Positions 1 through 12,700 of a stretch of 64,000 bases of DNA are shown one piece after another. Source of the stretch: Eledone cirrhosa (Eukaryota). A program made the position numbers and the translations under genes. The stretch lies in contig OZ024741.1 in NCBI GenBank assembly GCA_964016885.1, positions 294,252,001 through 294,316,000 on the forward strand. The letters run 5' to 3'. The notes below the pieces were generated by a model. It worked only from the letters and a program-made list of their open reading frames with translations, was not told the origin of the DNA and searched no databases. Numbering within the stretch: the first letter of the stretch is position 1; each line of letters starts with the position of its first letter.

Positions 1-478
1 GCTTCATAAGTGATGAATAGTATTTTGTAGAATTGTAAGACATAGGCACTACATGTGTACTGAGTGTCTTTGTAGGAGTTCAAAAATTGCCACAAGTAAT
101 CTCATCTAACTTTTTAACAAATATGCCTACCCATCACCCATACTCATACTGGTATTTCATTTACCAATCCCAAAATGATGAAAATATAAAGTGACCACAG
201 CAGAATTTGAACTCAGAATGCAGATAGCTGAAACATATGCTGTGAGACATTCAATTCAATAAGAAAAGGTAGTTTGTCACCTTTCTCTCCTCTACTTTTC
301 TACCATCTGTCATAAGACCAATTAGAAGAAAACAAAGCTTAGCCAGATATTCAACATCTGTTCCATCTATCATGAATTCAATTAGAGTAAGATAAAGAGA
401 GATATCAAAATAACTTGATGACAGTCCAATTGACAACAGTCCAATCATTGACAGCCAGAGTTATCTTGGCATAGGTGA

Positions 479-817
479 CAAAAACTATTGTTGCTGTTGC
501 TATTGGACAGAAGTTTATCACATATGTTTCTGTATTAATACAGCATAAGGCTTGTTGTGTGTTTTTGTTTAAATTTCTATTTAAACATCGATGTATGGGT
601 GTATTTTTATATGTATGAGGGGAGTATGGGTGTGCATATGCTTTTGTGCAAAAACTATTGTTGCTGTTGCTATTGGACAGAAGTTTATCACATATGTTTC
701 TGTATTAATACAGCATAAGGCTTGTTGTGTGTTTTTGTTTAAATTTCTATTTAAACATCGATGTATGGGTGTATTTTTATATGTATGAGGGGAGTATGGG
801 TGTGCATATGCTTTTGT
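479..817. repeat. 170-bp exact tandem duplication (2 copies)
   Basis: AAAACTATTGTTGCTGTTGC... starts at 481 and again at 651 and runs identically through ...GCATATGCTTTTGT. Confidence 0.95.
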
Positions 818-854
818 TAAATTTACATTTAAATATTTACATCTGGATGTATAT

Positions 855-2445
855 CATCATCATCATCATCACCGTTTTACAGCTTGTTCCTGTGGGGGGT
901 CGGGTCTTCTGTATTACTGCTTGACTCCAGAGGTCACAGTCATGTGTCATTGTCCTTGAGAGGTGCAATTGGGTAAGGTCGGCCTTTATCACCCCACCCC
1001 AGGTCTTCTTGGGTCTACCCACTCCACAGTTTCCATCGACTTCTAGTGCTCTGCACCTTTTTATGCAGCTGTCATCCTTGATACGCATCACAAGTCCATA
1101 CCAACGTAACCTCTTTTCCTACACACAGCATTTGATTCCTCTTATGCTCAGTCTCTTTCTCAATTCATTTATACTTTGCCGTTTGCGTATATTCCTATTA
1201 CACATCCATCGGAGTATGCAAGCTTCGTTTCTTTCTAATCTGCACAAGTCCTCTACAGACAGCACCCAGGTTTCACTTCCATGTAACACTGATGTTCATA
1301 TATACACATAATACAGTCAGCCCTTCATTTTGAGGGAAAATCCTTTTGCAGCTAGCAATGGCAGTAGCTCCCTGAACTTCTTCCATCCCGTTCTTACCCT
1401 AGTTATTGTACTTTCTGAACACCCACCTCCACTGTTAATTCAGTCACCTAGATAGCAGAAGCTGTCTTCTGTTTCTACAGAGCCCTCCCAGAGTTTGGTG
1501 GTGCTTGTTTCCTGTGGTCGTTCGCTGTTTGCTGTCCCAGCACAGCTGCTACATATGAAGCCTACATTCTTAGTTAAACTTCCTGAGATCCCACTACATC
1601 TCTTGTGTACCCATTGTTTGCATTTGGCGCAGAGGATGGAGTTCCTACCTACACCTTTCCTACATACTGAGCAAGGCCATTTCCCTGAGGGAATCTGGGT
1701 TCTGTTTTCTCGTCTACTTACAAGAACCTTAGTCTTTGTCAGGTTGACTCTGAGACCCCTTCTTTCTAGTCCCTGCTTCCATGTTTGGAATTTCTTCTCT
1801 AGTTCCACCATGGATTCAGCTATAAGTGCGAGATCATCCGCATACAGAAGTTCCCATGGGCATCCGGTCTTAAACTCCTCCATTATTGCCTGCAAAACTA
1901 TAATGAACAGGAGAGGGCTAAGAACAGAGCCCTGGTGGACACCGACCTGTATGCTAAATTCCTCGCTATATTCATTGCTAATTCTAACTTTGCTGACTGC
2001 TCCTCTATACATGGCTTATACAGCTTTCACAAGCCATTTATCTACTCCTAATTTTCTAAGAGCCCACCAGATTATAGCACGGGGAACTCTGTTGAAGGCT
2101 TTTTCCAGATCGACAAATGCCAGGTAGAGGGGCTTACTTTTAGCTAGGTACTTTTCCTGTAACTGCCTCACAAGGAAGAGGGCATCAGTGGTGCCTTTTC
2201 CTGGTACAAACACAAATTTCATCTCATCTAGTTTAACCCGGTCCCTAATCAACTGTGCTATAACTCTTTCCGTTACTTTCATGACCTGGTCCATCAGCTT
2301 TATACCTCTTTAGTTTCCTCTATCTAGTGCATCACCTTTATTTTTGTAACAGTTGACAATGATGCTGCTGCACCAATCCTTTGGTATGATACCCTCTAGT
2401 ATTACCTGCTTAACAATTTGTGTGGTTATGGTGTGACCTACCAAC
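855..2445 (-). mobile_element. RTE-clade LINE, 5'-truncated, disrupted RT (with PHD-like insert), (GAT)n tail
   Basis: ORFs 2016-2294 (FVPGKGTTDALF, LAFVDLEKAFNRVPR) and 1440-2012 (GVHQGSVLSPLLF, LLYADDLAL, FCYLGD). C-terminal GRPKKTW in 837-1091. (CAT)n at 855-870. Most of the 3'UTR is deleted. Confidence 0.93.
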
Positions 2446-2651
2446 CCAGATATATGTGTGTGCATATATAAATGTGTATAAATATATATGTATATATGTA
2501 ATATATGTAGTAATAAACACATTTATACTAATATATGTAGTAATAAACATATTTATACTTTGAGCTTGTTAATTTCAGGGTATCAGTATGAGTTATTAAA
2601 TCTGCCTTTTATTTGTATGTATATATGTATATATATTTTTATAAATATATG

Positions 2652-2687
<36 letters not shown>

Positions 2688-2897
2688 TTTATTAAAATAA
2701 CAGATTAAAGTTTAAGCAAAGAATCGCTGCTTTCACCCTTAACAGGATCTTCTGAAACTAAAAAAGTCAATCTGTGAACGCAGAAGTAAATATTTCAAAA
2801 AACGTTGCAACCGAAGGAAGACAGGAAGATGATACTTTGGTTCGTGGAAACGTTCCCTGGCAAAGAACGGAAAAAACGAAGATAATATATGTATATG

Positions 2898-3090
2898 AAA
2901 AAAGGAAAAGAATGACTTCACTTGTAGTTCTAAACAAAATAAATTTTATAGTATTATAATTTTACATTTTGGTTTTGTAGATCTTGTAAAATTATAATAT
3001 TATAAAATTAAATTATTTAGAACTACAAGTGAAGTCATTCTTTTCCTTTTTTCAAATATACCTAATTGTACCAAGGATTTCACACTTTTG
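2898..3090. repeat. Fold-back inverted repeat (~68-bp arms) with a one-sided extension; probable PLE terminal fragment
   Basis: AAAAAGGAAAAGAATGACTTCACTTGTAGTTCTAAA...TTTTACA (2898-2966) is mirrored at 2985-3052. The extension TACCTAATTGTACCAAGGAT matches the reverse complement of ~25124-25145. Confidence 0.7.
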
Positions 3091-3169
3091 GCTATATATA
3101 TATATAAACCTAATATATACCTTCCATATACTGTACCGATTGTGTTGTTATTTCTGTTTACCTTTTACA

Positions 3170-4700
3170 TATATAAACATACATTTAATAGGACCGATAA
3201 AAAACCTTCCACTTCACTTTCACATTTAATTTGGAATTTAAAGGACAACAATATAAACTATTCAATATCTTGGGGAACGATTTCGAAAGCACCTGCATAC
3301 CGAAATATGGCTTTCTCAAGAATCTGTCATTTGTGTATCGAGGAAATTTTTTATATAATTAATTGTCAAACTCTATTAATTTTAAAACAGAATTATTTTC
3401 TAGTTGCAGACACTGCCAAAATTCCACTTTCAGAAATATTTTTAATCTATTATATTCATTACACTTGACTATATCTTATACATCTTTAAAATAAAAAAAA
3501 TGTTTAATGATCTTCCTTCTTAAATTTAGTATTTTTACCATTTGATATTCTTTTCCTAATGATACTCTTCTTAATCTATTTTTTTAGATGTAGATTGTTA
3601 ATCTTTAATTGACATTCTGAAAGATATCCTTTTTACGATAGTTCTTCGAAATGCATAATACTTTTTTCCTCTTTTTGATCTTTAAACTTTTCACACATCT
3701 TTCGCCTTAAATAATATGTAATTGAAATTCTCATTCTTGAAAAAAAATTAGTCTCACAGAAAATAATATATAATTTTCTCTACATACTTTCTGAGTAAAT
3801 CATTCATCAAATTTAACAGTTAGCAAATAAGATTGGAGTTATCTTTTCCTTTACAATTGAGCAAACTTAAACATTATAACATGTATGATAAACGATATAA
3901 CTTTGCTAAATTAACAATACTCTGAAAACATTTTCAATGTTGGAACAAAATATTTGAATCTACAAATTGTTCTCCTCTTACAACTTGAACTACATCTTTT
4001 TCTTAAATGTAAAATGCAAAATCAACTTCCTTCGTAACTCATTAGTAAACAACTAATAATTGTGGTTTATTTCTATAAAAACACCAATAATACTTATACT
4101 TGCACAATTATTAATCTATATAGATATTTATATACTTATAACCTGTTGTAATGTAATAAGATAAAATGTACTTACAACCATAATTCTTCATATTATCTAA
4201 TTGATTATATATATATATATACAATATTATAGCTAAATAATTTTTTAAATTCTGGAATCATATTCCACCATTCCTACAAACTGTTAATTCTTTTTAAATT
4301 AACGTAAATACAAGCTCTTCTTTCTTTCTCTTTCTTCTTCCTACGCATACTTACATATATCCTAATAATTATTTAAATCTACATAGCCCTATACCTCAAC
4401 CTCATTTGCATACTCATCCTAATAATTTGAAATATTTGACTTTTATTCTCTTTCCCTTCTTTCCTTTACTATCCAGGAAAAACTTAAACCGTTAAGATCT
4501 TCTTCCTGGTTATGTCAATATTTATAAAACAAACTTTGTATTTTATCTGATGAGAGCGTACCAAAGTTTTGGTAACCTTGAAATATATATAATAGAATAA
4601 ATATGCTTTTATAAATATAGTTTCCATTTATTTAATATCATTGTATATATATATCATGTATATATATTATCAAATAATTCTCTGGACATGCTTTACTCTA
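3170..4700 (+). mobile_element. Penelope-like element 3' part: GIY-YIG endonuclease C-terminal remnant, long AT-rich 3'UTR and HHR
   Basis: ORF 3088-3468 contains HTFNRTDKKPSTSLSHLIWNLKDNNINYSISWGTISKAPAY...CHLCIEE, resembling PLE GIY-YIG C-termini. A same-strand HHR lies at 4540-4598. Flanked by (TA)n. Confidence 0.7.
4540..4598 (+). ncRNA. Type I hammerhead ribozyme motif (family A)
   Basis: ATTTTAT-CTGATGA-gagcgTACCAAAgtTTTGGTAacctt-GAAA-TATATA-TA-ATAGAAT: 7-bp stem I with one G-U, intact core, palindromic minimal stem III. Confidence 0.7.
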
Positions 4701-4701
4701 G

Positions 4702-4727
<26 letters not shown>

Positions 4728-4732
<5 letters not shown>

Positions 4733-5087
4733 CACACACTTACACCTCTCCAGGACAATGTCACTGGACCGAGATCTTTGGCGCTACACAGTTATACAGA
4801 AGACCCGCCTTGCCTAAGTACAAAGCGAAACTTACAGTCAGTAGGCACCTCTAACAAAATACACCCCCGTCCCACTACCCCACCCCATCCACACCACCCC
4901 TTTAAATGTGAAGTTAGGTTGGTACCACAACATCCAGTCCGAAACAAATGAGGTCGTGTAGGTGTCACGACAAAAAAATGTAATGTCGCCGTGTAGGTAA
5001 CACGGTAAAAACCTCCCAGTCCATACTGTAAACGTGGTTGATGTTGGGAGGGGCATCCAGCCGTAGAAAACCTGCCAGACAGTCCTC
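4728..5087 (+). mobile_element. RTE LINE 3' fragment (subtype shared with 15299 and 34351)
   Basis: Near-identical to 15299-15680 and to the reverse complement of 34460-34845, which joins an RTE C-terminal ORF. Confidence 0.85.
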
Positions 5088-5511
5088 TTATGTTTTACCT
5101 TTTATGCAAGTTCTTGTTACCTAACCAATAGCTCTGACATGAAATCTCTCTGAGTAGATGTCTCTTATTTAAATTTGAGGACTCCTTAGTATGCATTAGT
5201 ACACCATTCTTATAGCAACCATCAGGTTGGTATAAGATTGAGTGACACAAAGGGCAAGATTAATATGCAGAACAATCCCTAAATGTTGTAGTTTTTTACT
5301 TTATGATTCATTTTAAAATGGTAACAAATATAGATTACTTATTTTGATTCTTCTGGCTTGTTTACTTTATACACATGTGGGCATGTTTGTATATATATAT
5401 GTATATATATATGTATATATATGTGTGTTGTTTTCTATGTTGTATATGTATATATGGATATATATATATATGTTATATATGATTGTACATATTCATTTCT
5501 CTTTGTATTTG

Positions 5512-5607
<96 letters not shown>

Positions 5608-5611
5608 GCAA

Positions 5612-5750
5612 CAAAATCTGGACTGAGTCCAGAATTAGACATCGAAACGGCTTGAGCTCTGCCGTCGGCGTCTTATTGTTCCTATTACCCACTCTACTAC
5701 CCTAAATATTGAGTACTTTGGTCCATCTGGTTCCTTACCACATTTTCAGG
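5612..5750 (+). mobile_element. PLE-type terminal repeat fragment carrying the 3' half of an HHR (family F)
   Basis: TCTGGACTgAGTCCAGA hairpin, then GAAACGGCTTGAGCTCTGCCGTC. Homologous to 22675-22820, 40905-41050 (rc), 22350-22490 and 42622-42680. Confidence 0.6.
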
Positions 5751-6132
5751 CTTCTATATCATACATATATAAAAAATACTTTACCAATACAACCCCCATA
5801 ATACTCTTGATTGTCCGCTTAAACTACTTGTATTACATATAACACCCTGCCGCACTATAATCTTATATAAATAAGAAAAACGGGCATGCCCCACGTGTAA
5901 CTATTGCATACACTAACTACTTCAAACTATCCTCTTGCTTTATCTTCGTAAACTGTCAATGTTGTATTTTAACTTTAATTTTGTCCTTTAATATGACTTT
6001 AATCTTTGTATGTAAATTGCCATGCTATAATATTATAATGGATGTCAACCCACTGTGCATCAATATATACATATGTTTCTATATGTCTCTTGTGTTGGAA
6101 AGGAGGTCAAGTATGTAAAAAATCATTGAAAA

Positions 6133-6183
6133 ATTGCTCCGAAGACTCCAAACCTCGGTTTGGAAGAAACAATTGTAACCGAA
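6133..6183 (+). ncRNA. Degenerate hammerhead ribozyme motif (family G)
   Basis: CCGAAGA (CUGANGA with U4C), c-TCCAAACC-tc-GGTTTGGA-a stem II, GAAAC-AATT-GTA palindromic stem III. Stem I is weak. Confidence 0.5.
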
Positions 6184-6215
6184 TAAATGGTTTAAACAGA
6201 ACTTTGATTCATGTA

Positions 6216-6289
<74 letters not shown>

Positions 6290-6645
6290 ATATATATGTA
6301 TACATATATGTATGTGTGTATGTATGTGTATATATATACATACATAGATACATATATATAAGCGAGCATATATACATGTATGTAATACATATAGTATGTG
6401 AGGGTGTGCTGGTCTTGGAACTTACATAATTAAATAGTAATTGCAGTTTCCTGTTTCTGCTTCCTTGCTTTATCACATTGGAAGCCAATAAACTGTTCTG
6501 TTTTAGAACATTAGAATTAAACAGCGTGAGCCTTTCTTTTGATCTCCCTGATTGCTCATTTCTCTGTATGTATGTATGTATCATCACCATTTAACATCTG
6601 GTACCCCCTACCTAGCAAGTGGTGGATGTGAATGTATATACATAC

Positions 6646-6723
<78 letters not shown>

Positions 6724-6751
6724 ATGTATGTATGTATGTATATATATATAT

Positions 6752-7110
6752 AGAAGGAAAACTCTGATATAACACCTGCAACCCTGATGGTATCCAATGA
6801 TGTTGACTTTTTCTTCTTTTTGGTAAATATCATCTTGGTTAAGAGAGTGGGACTGGTTTTGTGCAGTGCCTTTGTTCACTATAAAAGCTTCACGGCACAG
6901 GCATTGATTTGTATCTGGAGATCTCTCTGCACTTGTCGTCACATGGTACCATGGGCCCAGCACTATGTGTCAATAATTGTCACAAGTGTAGTGTTTGTAC
7001 CAGAGTTTTCAAGTCGCTGGCTGGACTAAAAAGTCACACTCGTTCAGCGCATCTGTAGGGGTTCTCCCTATAAAGTAGTGGCCGTACTCGAAAACGAGTT
7101 GGCAGCCACC
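6752..7110 (+). mobile_element. Short non-autonomous RTE-derived retroposon, 5'-truncated copy, in (TA)n
   Basis: Near-identical to the reverse complements of 16956-17233 and 42797-43162. Encodes a C2H2 remnant CSVCTRVFKSLAGLKSHTRSAHL* (6987-7058). 3' hairpin CTCG-AAAA-CGAG, ends GCAGCCACC(AT)n. Confidence 0.8.
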
Positions 7111-7161
7111 ATATATATATATACACACACACATTCATAGGCTTGTATATATGTATGTATA

Positions 7162-7486
7162 TCATCATCATCATCATCATCATTTTACGTCCGCTTTTCC
7201 CTGCTTGCAAGGGTGGGACGGGAACTGATACTGGCTTGATTTCTACAGCTGGATACCCTTCCTAACACCAACCTCATTTACAATGAGTGCTGGGTGCTTT
7301 TTTACGTGGCACCTCCACGACCACTTTGCAGTCCCTATCATCTCATTTCTACAGCTGAGTAAACTGGAACAATGTGAAATAAAGTCTCTTGCTCAAGGAA
7401 ACAACACATCACCCGGTCCGAGAATTGAACTCACAACCTTTCGATTGCAAGGTCAATGCTTTAACCACTAAGCCATATGCCTCCAT
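7162..7486 (-). mobile_element. tRNA-derived CORE-type SINE with RTE-derived (GAT)n tail
   Basis: Reverse complement: A box TGGCTTAGTGG, B box AGTTCAATTC, CORE-like TTTCCTTGAGCAAGAGACTTTATTTCAC, tail ACCCTTGCAAGCAGGGAAAAGCGGACGTAAAATGATGAT. Confidence 0.85.
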
Positions 7487-8908
7487 ATGTATTCAGAAAA
7501 AGAAATGAGATGGTTTCATATATTCAATTTCAGTTTATTATATCACACCTGTTTTCTATATTTCAAAGGCATTAAAATATCACTATATAATAGTTATTTA
7601 ATACATTGTCATCAGGCAGGTATTGAAAATTAAGCAATGTTTTTTTGTTTTGTTTTTTTATACCATCGCAGGAATGTTGTCATTTTGGGTTTCTGTAGGT
7701 ATGTACTATATCAATGCTGGTGCTGGCAAATCAGAGATAGAGATGTGGGAACTACCGTGGTGGTATAAGAGGTGAAAGTAGGTCAAGGTACTAAAGAAGT
7801 CCAGGCTGTTCATTCCTAGGTCATTCACACTGGTTCTATAAAACAAATAAATCTTACAGGCTGATTTATCTACTTTCCTTATCAGTATACTTTCATCAGC
7901 TAAATCTCAGTGGGCGACAATCGATTTATACCCATTACTATCATGGTGGCATCCATAGGTGAATGGTTATTTATCTAAGTTGTGGTACAGAGGGAGGTGG
8001 ATGCATGCTTAAGCTAAAGCATGTGAGTATGGCGGAGGGTATGTGGCTAAGCTAAATCTAAATATAGTGGGTTTGCATCATTGTACGTGTGCATACGTGT
8101 ACATGGTCATTTAGCAGCAGTATATTCAGATACATGCTAGTGCTCGTGAATCATCAACCACCCATATGCACACATATGCCGACAGACACACAACCCAAGT
8201 GCACTTGTTCACACATATACATGCATACATGGTCCCCCACTCACATAAATTTAGATGAATAGAGAAAAGGAAGTAATCACACCATAAGTAAAGGCAAGGA
8301 TCAAATGCTAGATACTGGGAGAACTAATCATTGTCCTAACCTGTAAGATGGGAGGGTAATAGGTATTAACTATGGAAGTGTGATGTTTAGCAGATATTAG
8401 GGGAACTAGCTAGTGGAAAAGGGGTAACCCAGCACTCTGTTGGTCCTCTGGAAGACATTTGGCCTCAACCATCTGTAATCTTGTATTCCTACCTCCCTGA
8501 TACTATTCATCCGCCTCAAGAACTCTTCAGTTATGACAAGTGAACTTCTATCATGTTGATGCTAAAAATATTGTACCCAGTATACCCTGTAGAGTGGTTG
8601 GTGGTAGAAGGGCATCAGTCAGTTCAGTCCATGACAAAAAGAGATGAGAGTATTCTTCAGTTGTGTCAAGGACATAGCAACCTCTTTAGTGTTCGTGTGG
8701 ATATGATAAAATACACCCAATACACTCTGTAAAGTAGTTGGTGATCAGAAGAGGTATTCAACCTCAGAAATCCTGCAAAACAAAGGGTCAAAATGACTCT
8801 TCAATTGTGTCAAAGACATGACAACCTCCTAGTACTGGTGCCATGGTAAAATGCAACCTTTACTAGCAAAGAAAACATTAAATGTTGTTGATGATGATGA
8901 TGGTGACG

Positions 8909-8955
<47 letters not shown>

Positions 8956-8959
8956 AATA

Positions 8960-9141
8960 TAAGTATTGAAGTTTCTGTTGAAAATTGAAAAAGTCATAGG
9001 AGTGAAGAGTGCTCTATGTAAATTACAGAGCTAAATTTAATGTATAATAAACAATACAATATAATTACCTCATTACCAGAGGTTTCCCGAATTAGACGAA
9101 TACAAGAAATGTCCTCATCCGTTCGTCAGACAAGGCAATTT
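8960..9141 (-). mobile_element. PLE-type terminal repeat fragment with HHR family B (9063-9140)
   Basis: Reverse complement: AATTGCCTTGT-CTGACGA-...-GAAAC-C-tct-G-GTA-ATGAGGTAATT. Homologous to 48590-48775. Confidence 0.75.
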
Positions 9142-9602
9142 ATATATATATATGTATATTTAAGTGTGTGTATGCCTTAATGTATAAATATAAATACTTT
9201 CCCTTGTACAGAATGTATGTGTACGTGTGCTCCTCTGCCACCATAACACTTACACAGAGAGACACATAAACATACTGTGAATATGATGTTCTGTATCTAT
9301 TTTGGCATGATGACAGAAGTCAGTATGTTGTAAAATGGCCCAGTGGTTATATAGTATTTAAGATTATCATAAGGCTAGGGAAGGACCTACAGTAGTATAT
9401 GTGTGTGTGTCTGAATATGTGTGTATATATATATATATATATACACACACACATACTTATTAGTATATTTAATGAAACTAGGTGTGGTGTGCAGTAAGAT
9501 AATGTATAAACCAAATTTTCAGATGCGCGCTCTTAGTCAGTAAAAAATTTAAAGCACATACTACTAGTAAAATTGCTATTGCCGTATGACTACTATTACT
9601 AT

Positions 9603-9676
<74 letters not shown>

Positions 9677-9704
9677 ATAATAATAATAATAATAATAATA
9701 ATAA

Positions 9705-12700
9705 GGCTTTCTTTATTAACCACAAGCGTTTAGACAAAGTAGACATTAAAGACAGTACAGGACAATACAGGACGGTACAAATGGGCATTTCTGCGTGTAA
9801 AAAAAACAAAAAAACAGAGGATGTAATAAAAGAACAATGAAAAATTCCCCAATAGGGGGAGACTTCTGAGGGCCATCGTGGAGAAAGCCCATTAAAAAAC
9901 GGTGACCCTGACCACCAGGGCAATTGTCCTCTCCCAGTTTTCCACCTTCAATTTACAGGCACATACTCAGATTAGGTCCATTCACTTGGACCATTCTTGC
10001 CTCTCTCACCCATCTTTCAACAAAAAGCTGGGAAGAGAGCACCTCCCTCTCTACCCTGATTTTCCTTTTCAAATGAAATTGGAAAAAGTTAATCAGGGCA
10101 TCACCGAAGAGGTAAGTGCTCGTCTTCAGCCCTTTCAGACGTGTCCACCATACTATCTCTTTCGCCATGGCCACCAGACAGATAAAAACTGCCTGCCATT
10201 CCCAGCTAAAGGAAGAGGGCAGGGCAATCCTCACGATGGACTCAGCTGATAGTCGGATCCGTTCTACACGTGACAGTAGGTGTTCGACATAAACCCACAA
10301 GTCAGCAATACTCCGACACTGGACGAATGCATGCAGGACGGTTTCGTCGCTCTGCGTGCATCTCGGACATGCCCGGCTGATGGCACCTCCATGCCTGTAC
10401 AGTTTATACCGAACTGGCAAAGCTCCTCGGTAGCACTGCCAGGCCAGGGATTTCTGGAAGTTGTCCATAGGCCCCGGCCCGAAAGTTCTTCCAAAGAGAT
10501 TGGCTAGTTGATTTTCGTCGACGCTTAGAGTTTCCCCAAGTACGTCGTTGCTCTTTCCCTCCACTAATCCTCTATAGAACGCCAAGGTGGAGTTTCCACC
10601 GATCACATTGCCCGATTGGTAGAGGGCTGTGAGCGCCTGAAGACATTCCAGTCTCCAAGCGCTCCCTCTCGGTCTTCACTTGACCCAGGACTGCAGCTCC
10701 GTCAAGGAGATGAGCTGGGAAAAGACGCGTCTAGCAAACGGCAACCACACCTGATCACCGTTGAGGAAGAGGTGGAGATGTTGTATCCTGAGCGCGTGTC
10801 TGCACATCATCAGCCACGGCATGCTCAGCCCTCCACGTAGCTGGTGTTGACAGCAGATGGACTGCCTGACCATCGGAGCGTGTCCCTTCCACAAAAAGCG
10901 AAAGAGCAAATGCTCCAACGCAGTCAGGCGAGGCTTAGGACAAGGCACGACAGTCAGGCGGTAGTAGATGACGGACGCGATATACGCGTTAGCCACCTCC
11001 GATCGACCTTTCAGGGATAGCTTCCTCTCCGCCCATTTCTGGGTGAGAGAAGCCACACTGCTCATCACCTTGTCCCAGTTTTTGTCTGTCTGGAGGTCCG
11101 GACCAAACCAGACCCCTACAATTTAACCGGTCCCTCCGTCCAGCGCCCGACAACGTCATTGGACGGCATGGACCTGCCTCTCCAGGTGCCGAGCTGCAGG
11201 CCCACCGACTTTTCCTGGTTGATCATTGCTTTTGTCACCGCTTCGTATTCTCCTAGTGTAGTGCCGATCGCCTCGATGTGTTTGGCGTTCAACACCACTA
11301 CGGTGACATCGTCCGCATATTCTGACATGAATCTTCTGCATCCTAGTTCGCACGGGACCCGCCTCAACATCTCCAGTTTGTGCAATAATGGCTCGAGAGT
11401 CAATACGTACAAGACGGATGAGAGGGGACATCCTTGGCGGACCGAGCGTATGATGATGAACAGTTCCGAAAGGTGACCGTTCACTCTCACCACAGAACAG
11501 ATGTCGCTGTGCATGGCAGCGATCCAGTCTCTGAAGACGGGCCCAAACCCAGCCGCCCTCAGGACTGCCGCCAGATAATGATGGTCGACCCTATTGAAAG
11601 CTTTCGACTGATCTAAATTGATCAAGGACCCACCCGTACTAGGTTCGCTAGCTACCCTCGCCAAGATGTATCGCATGAGGTGGAGGTTGTCGTGGATGGA
11701 TCTGTCGGGAATGGCGAATGTCTGCGCCTCTCCTACCAGACCACCAATGACAAGCGCCAACCTCTTTGCTAGCACCTTGACCAAAGTCTTGAACTCTGTG
11801 TTTAGCAGAGTTTTGGGCCTGAAATTATCTATGTTATCCCCCTTGTTCGGATCCTTTTTCAGCAGCACCACCGCTTCTCGGCTCACAGAGCTGGGAATTC
11901 TCCCGTTCTGTTGTCAGTTGCAGTAGACGTCTGCCAAGAGGCCTCCGAACAAGTCTGGCTTCTGTACGTAAAGTTCATCGGGCAGACCATCCAAACCAGA
12001 CGATTTACCCCTTGTGCAGCCAGTCATTGCCTCCCGTATTTCAGCGGCAGTTATCAGCTTTTCGCAACACTCCGCCTCACTGACTGAGAACCGCAGCAGT
12101 CCGTCGAGGTAGACACTAAAGTCCATCTCTCGATTCGGCCCGCCGCTGCCCCTGAACAGCTGAGCGAAGTGTCGCTGAAAAGCTTCACACATTTGCTCGG
12201 GATCGAGTAGCATGTGGCCGTCGTGGTCCACCAAATACCGGATCTTGGCTTTGTTGCCATGACGCGCCTCCGCCACTCGGGCCCATTGAACGGCTTTCGT
12301 CCCCTCGTGTCTGAGAGCACGCACCCTAGCTCTGACAACGCAGCCTTCGTGCTTTGCATTAAAGAATTGGTCAAGGGCCAATTTCGTCGCAAGTATGTCG
12401 GTCGCGATGCCTTTGCTAAGCGCCTCGTCTAATTTTTTAACTAGTTCTCCCTCTGCTCTATTTTTCTCTATTGCTAAAGCCTTACTAAACCTAATGGATC
12501 TGTTCTAAACGCACTTTTCAGAGCAAACCACCACTTGTTGTTGACGATGGGCCCCATCAACGCCCGCTTAACTAGTTCGCTAATCCTGTCACTGTAGCCC
12601 TTGCGTGCTGGTAATGACGCATTTAGCTTCCAGTAGCCGGGTCCTTGTCTATGAAGCCTATCTAAGTCAACCACACAGATCAGGAATTTTTGTGGTCCGT

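Noticed and set aside
1495-2127. 210-aa plus-strand ORF and other antisense ORFs over LINEs
   Set aside because: Antisense shadows of RT coding sequence
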